Below, one piece after another: positions 42,834-44,087 of a stretch of 44,087 nucleotides of DNA. Numbering within the stretch: the stretch's first letter is position 1; the number at the start of each line of letters is the position of its first letter. The translations under genes and the position numbers were made by a program. The stretch is from NCBI GenBank assembly GCA_051953975.1, contig JBQCIG010000256.1:1-44087 (forward strand), given 5' to 3'. Under the pieces are notes generated by a model. That model made no database searches and was not told where the DNA came from. It saw nothing but the letters and a program-made list of their open reading frames with translations. This DNA is from Solirubrobacterales bacterium. Its GTDB lineage: Bacteria; Actinomycetota; Thermoleophilia; Solirubrobacterales; 70-9.

Positions 42834-43913
42834 GTGGCCTTCGAGCGCACCATCGCCCATCTCGACATGGATGCCTTCTACGCGTCGGTGGAGCTGCGGC
42901 GGCGACCAGATTTGAAGGGGAAGCCGGTGGTCGTCTGCGGGTCGGGGCCGCGGGCGGTGGTGACCACGGCCAGCTATGAGGCGCGGAAGCTGGCGGGGAT
43001 CCATTCGGCGATGCCGGCGGCGGTCGCCCGGCGGCGGCTGCCTGATGCGATCTATTTGAAGCCGGACTTTCCCGCCTACCGGGAGGCCTCGGGGCAGGTG
43101 ATGGACGTCTTGCGGCGCAATGCCGAGGTGGTCGAGGTCGTGGGGCTGGACGAGGCTTATCTGGACCTGACCGGCCTCTTCTCCCCGAAGGCGACGATGC
43201 GGCGGATCGCGGCCGAGATCCGCGAGGAGACGCAGCTGACCTGCTCGGTCGGGATCTCCGAGAGCCGGATGCTGGCCAAGATCACCAGCGAGCTCGGCAA
43301 GCCGGCCGGCCTCGTCGTCCTCTCGCGGGCGCAGGCGCTGGAGCGCTTCGCCGACCACTCCCCCGGCCTGATCCCCGGGATCGGGCCGAAAACCGTCTCA
43401 CGCCTGGAGGCGATGGGCATCCGCACGCTCTTCGAGTTGCAGCTGCGCGACCGGGAGGAGCTGGAAGCGACTTTCGGCCCCCGCTCCGGTGCCTGGCTGC
43501 ACGCCCGCGGCCACCTCCGCGACGAGACCCCGGTCACACCCGAGCACGAGACCAAGTCGCAGTCGGCTGAGATCACCTTCGACTTCGACGTCAAGCGCCG
43601 GGAGGAGCTGGAGCGCCACCTCGCCGAGCTCGCGCAGGAGCTCTGCCGGCGCCTGCGCAAGAAGGAGCTGGAGGGGCGCACGATCGGGATCAAGGTCCGC
43701 CTCGACGACTGGACCAACGTCACCCGCTCCCACACCGTCGAGCGGCCCACCAACGACCCCGAGGTGGTCGGACCGGTCGCCCTCGGGCTGCTGCGCGCCT
43801 ACGACCCGCAGCGGCCGGTGCGACTGCTCGGCGTCCGCGTCGCCTCCTTCGAGAAGGACGAGGCCGAACCGGAGAGGACCACTGGCCAACTCCAACTCGG
43901 CCTCGCGAATTAG
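42834..43913 (+). CDS. dinB: DNA polymerase IV (Y-family)
   Basis: IAHLDMDAFYASVE, SLDEAYLD-type motif (GLDEAYLDLT), SVGISESRMLAKITS and GIGPKT. GTG start. Confidence 0.92.
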   Translation: MAFERTIAHLDMDAFYASVELRRRPDLKGKPVVVCGSGPRAVVTTASYEARKLAGIHSAMPAAVARRRLPDAIYLKPDFPAYREASGQVMDVLRRNAEVVEVVGLDEAYLDLTGLFSPKATMRRIAAEIREETQLTCSVGISESRMLAKITSELGKPAGLVVLSRAQALERFADHSPGLIPGIGPKTVSRLEAMGIRTLFELQLRDREELEATFGPRSGAWLHARGHLRDETPVTPEHETKSQSAEITFDFDVKRREELERHLAELAQELCRRLRKKELEGRTIGIKVRLDDWTNVTRSHTVERPTNDPEVVGPVALGLLRAYDPQRPVRLLGVRVASFEKDEAEPERTTGQLQLGLAN

Positions 43914-43963
43914 TTCCGCGGCTCCTTAGTACCCCACCCCGGTGAGAGGGAAACCAAGTTCCG

Positions 43964-44087
43964 TGGGGGGGGGGGTGGGGCGCCCGCGGCCAAAAAAACA
44001 AACACACCACACAAAAAAAAAAAAAACAAAAAAAAAAAAAAAAAACAAACCCCCAAACCCCCCCCACCCTATAAAACTTCTTTGTTG
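43964..44087. other. Low-complexity homopolymer-rich tail (G, A and C runs) at the window end
   Basis: GGGGGGGGGGGTGGGG is followed by long A runs interrupted by single C, then C runs. Composition is completely unlike the rest of the window. Confidence 0.8.

Noticed and set aside
43720-44067. A 115-aa minus-strand ORF reading through the low-complexity tail (FFFFFCFFFF...).
   Set aside because: It is produced by homopolymer runs in probable artefactual sequence and overlaps the dinB 3' end antisense.
1-44087. CRISPR arrays, IS elements/transposases, integrases, prophage genes and rRNA genes.
   Set aside because: None were recognised on either strand. No regularly spaced direct repeats and no transposase- or integrase-like translations appear in the ORF track.

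Overview
Very GC-rich bacterial chromosomal segment with strong GC3 bias. It holds about 47 protein-coding genes plus two apparent gene remnants. I recognised no rRNA, tRNA, CRISPR array, transposase or integrase. The backbone follows the conserved actinobacterial order pnp, M16 peptidase, dapB, dapA, rnj, ftsK, cinA, (ligT), recA, miaB, miaA, dapF, hflX, dut. This synteny and the base composition suggest a deep-branching, high-GC actinobacterium; that is inference only. Downstream of the backbone lie four further blocks. The first is a tightly coupled cell-envelope operon on the minus strand: methyltransferase, DAG-kinase-like lipid kinase, murT, methyltransferase, gatD. The second is a thiol/disulfide cluster: bcp, hydrolase, VKOR, DsbA-like. 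The third is a lipid/phosphoesterase operon: thiolase, SDR, methyltransferase, Tat-PLC, AcpA-like. The window ends with ccdA and dinB. Best candidate for something new: a ~2.7 kb insertion splits the normally contiguous cinA-ligT-recA unit. It carries an orphan asparagine-synthetase/lasso-cyclase-like PP-loop enzyme. That enzyme is preceded by a 61-aa acidic peptide ORF with a strong RBS and a perfect 12-bp hairpin over the enzyme's start codon. A Cys-rich secreted protein sits alongside. The adjacent ligT/thpR gene carries two in-frame stop codons. Other notable points: (1) the DapF homologue has both catalytic cysteines replaced by serine; (2) a SAM methyltransferase is translationally coupled between murT and gatD; (3) a secreted phosphoesterase carries an extremely basic helical insert; (4) MiaA lacks most of its insertion domain; (5) there are several structured inverted repeats; (6) the 3' end of the window is low-complexity homopolymer sequence that looks like an assembly artefact. 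Start codons are often uncertain, because long GC-rich ORFs extend upstream of the likely true starts.
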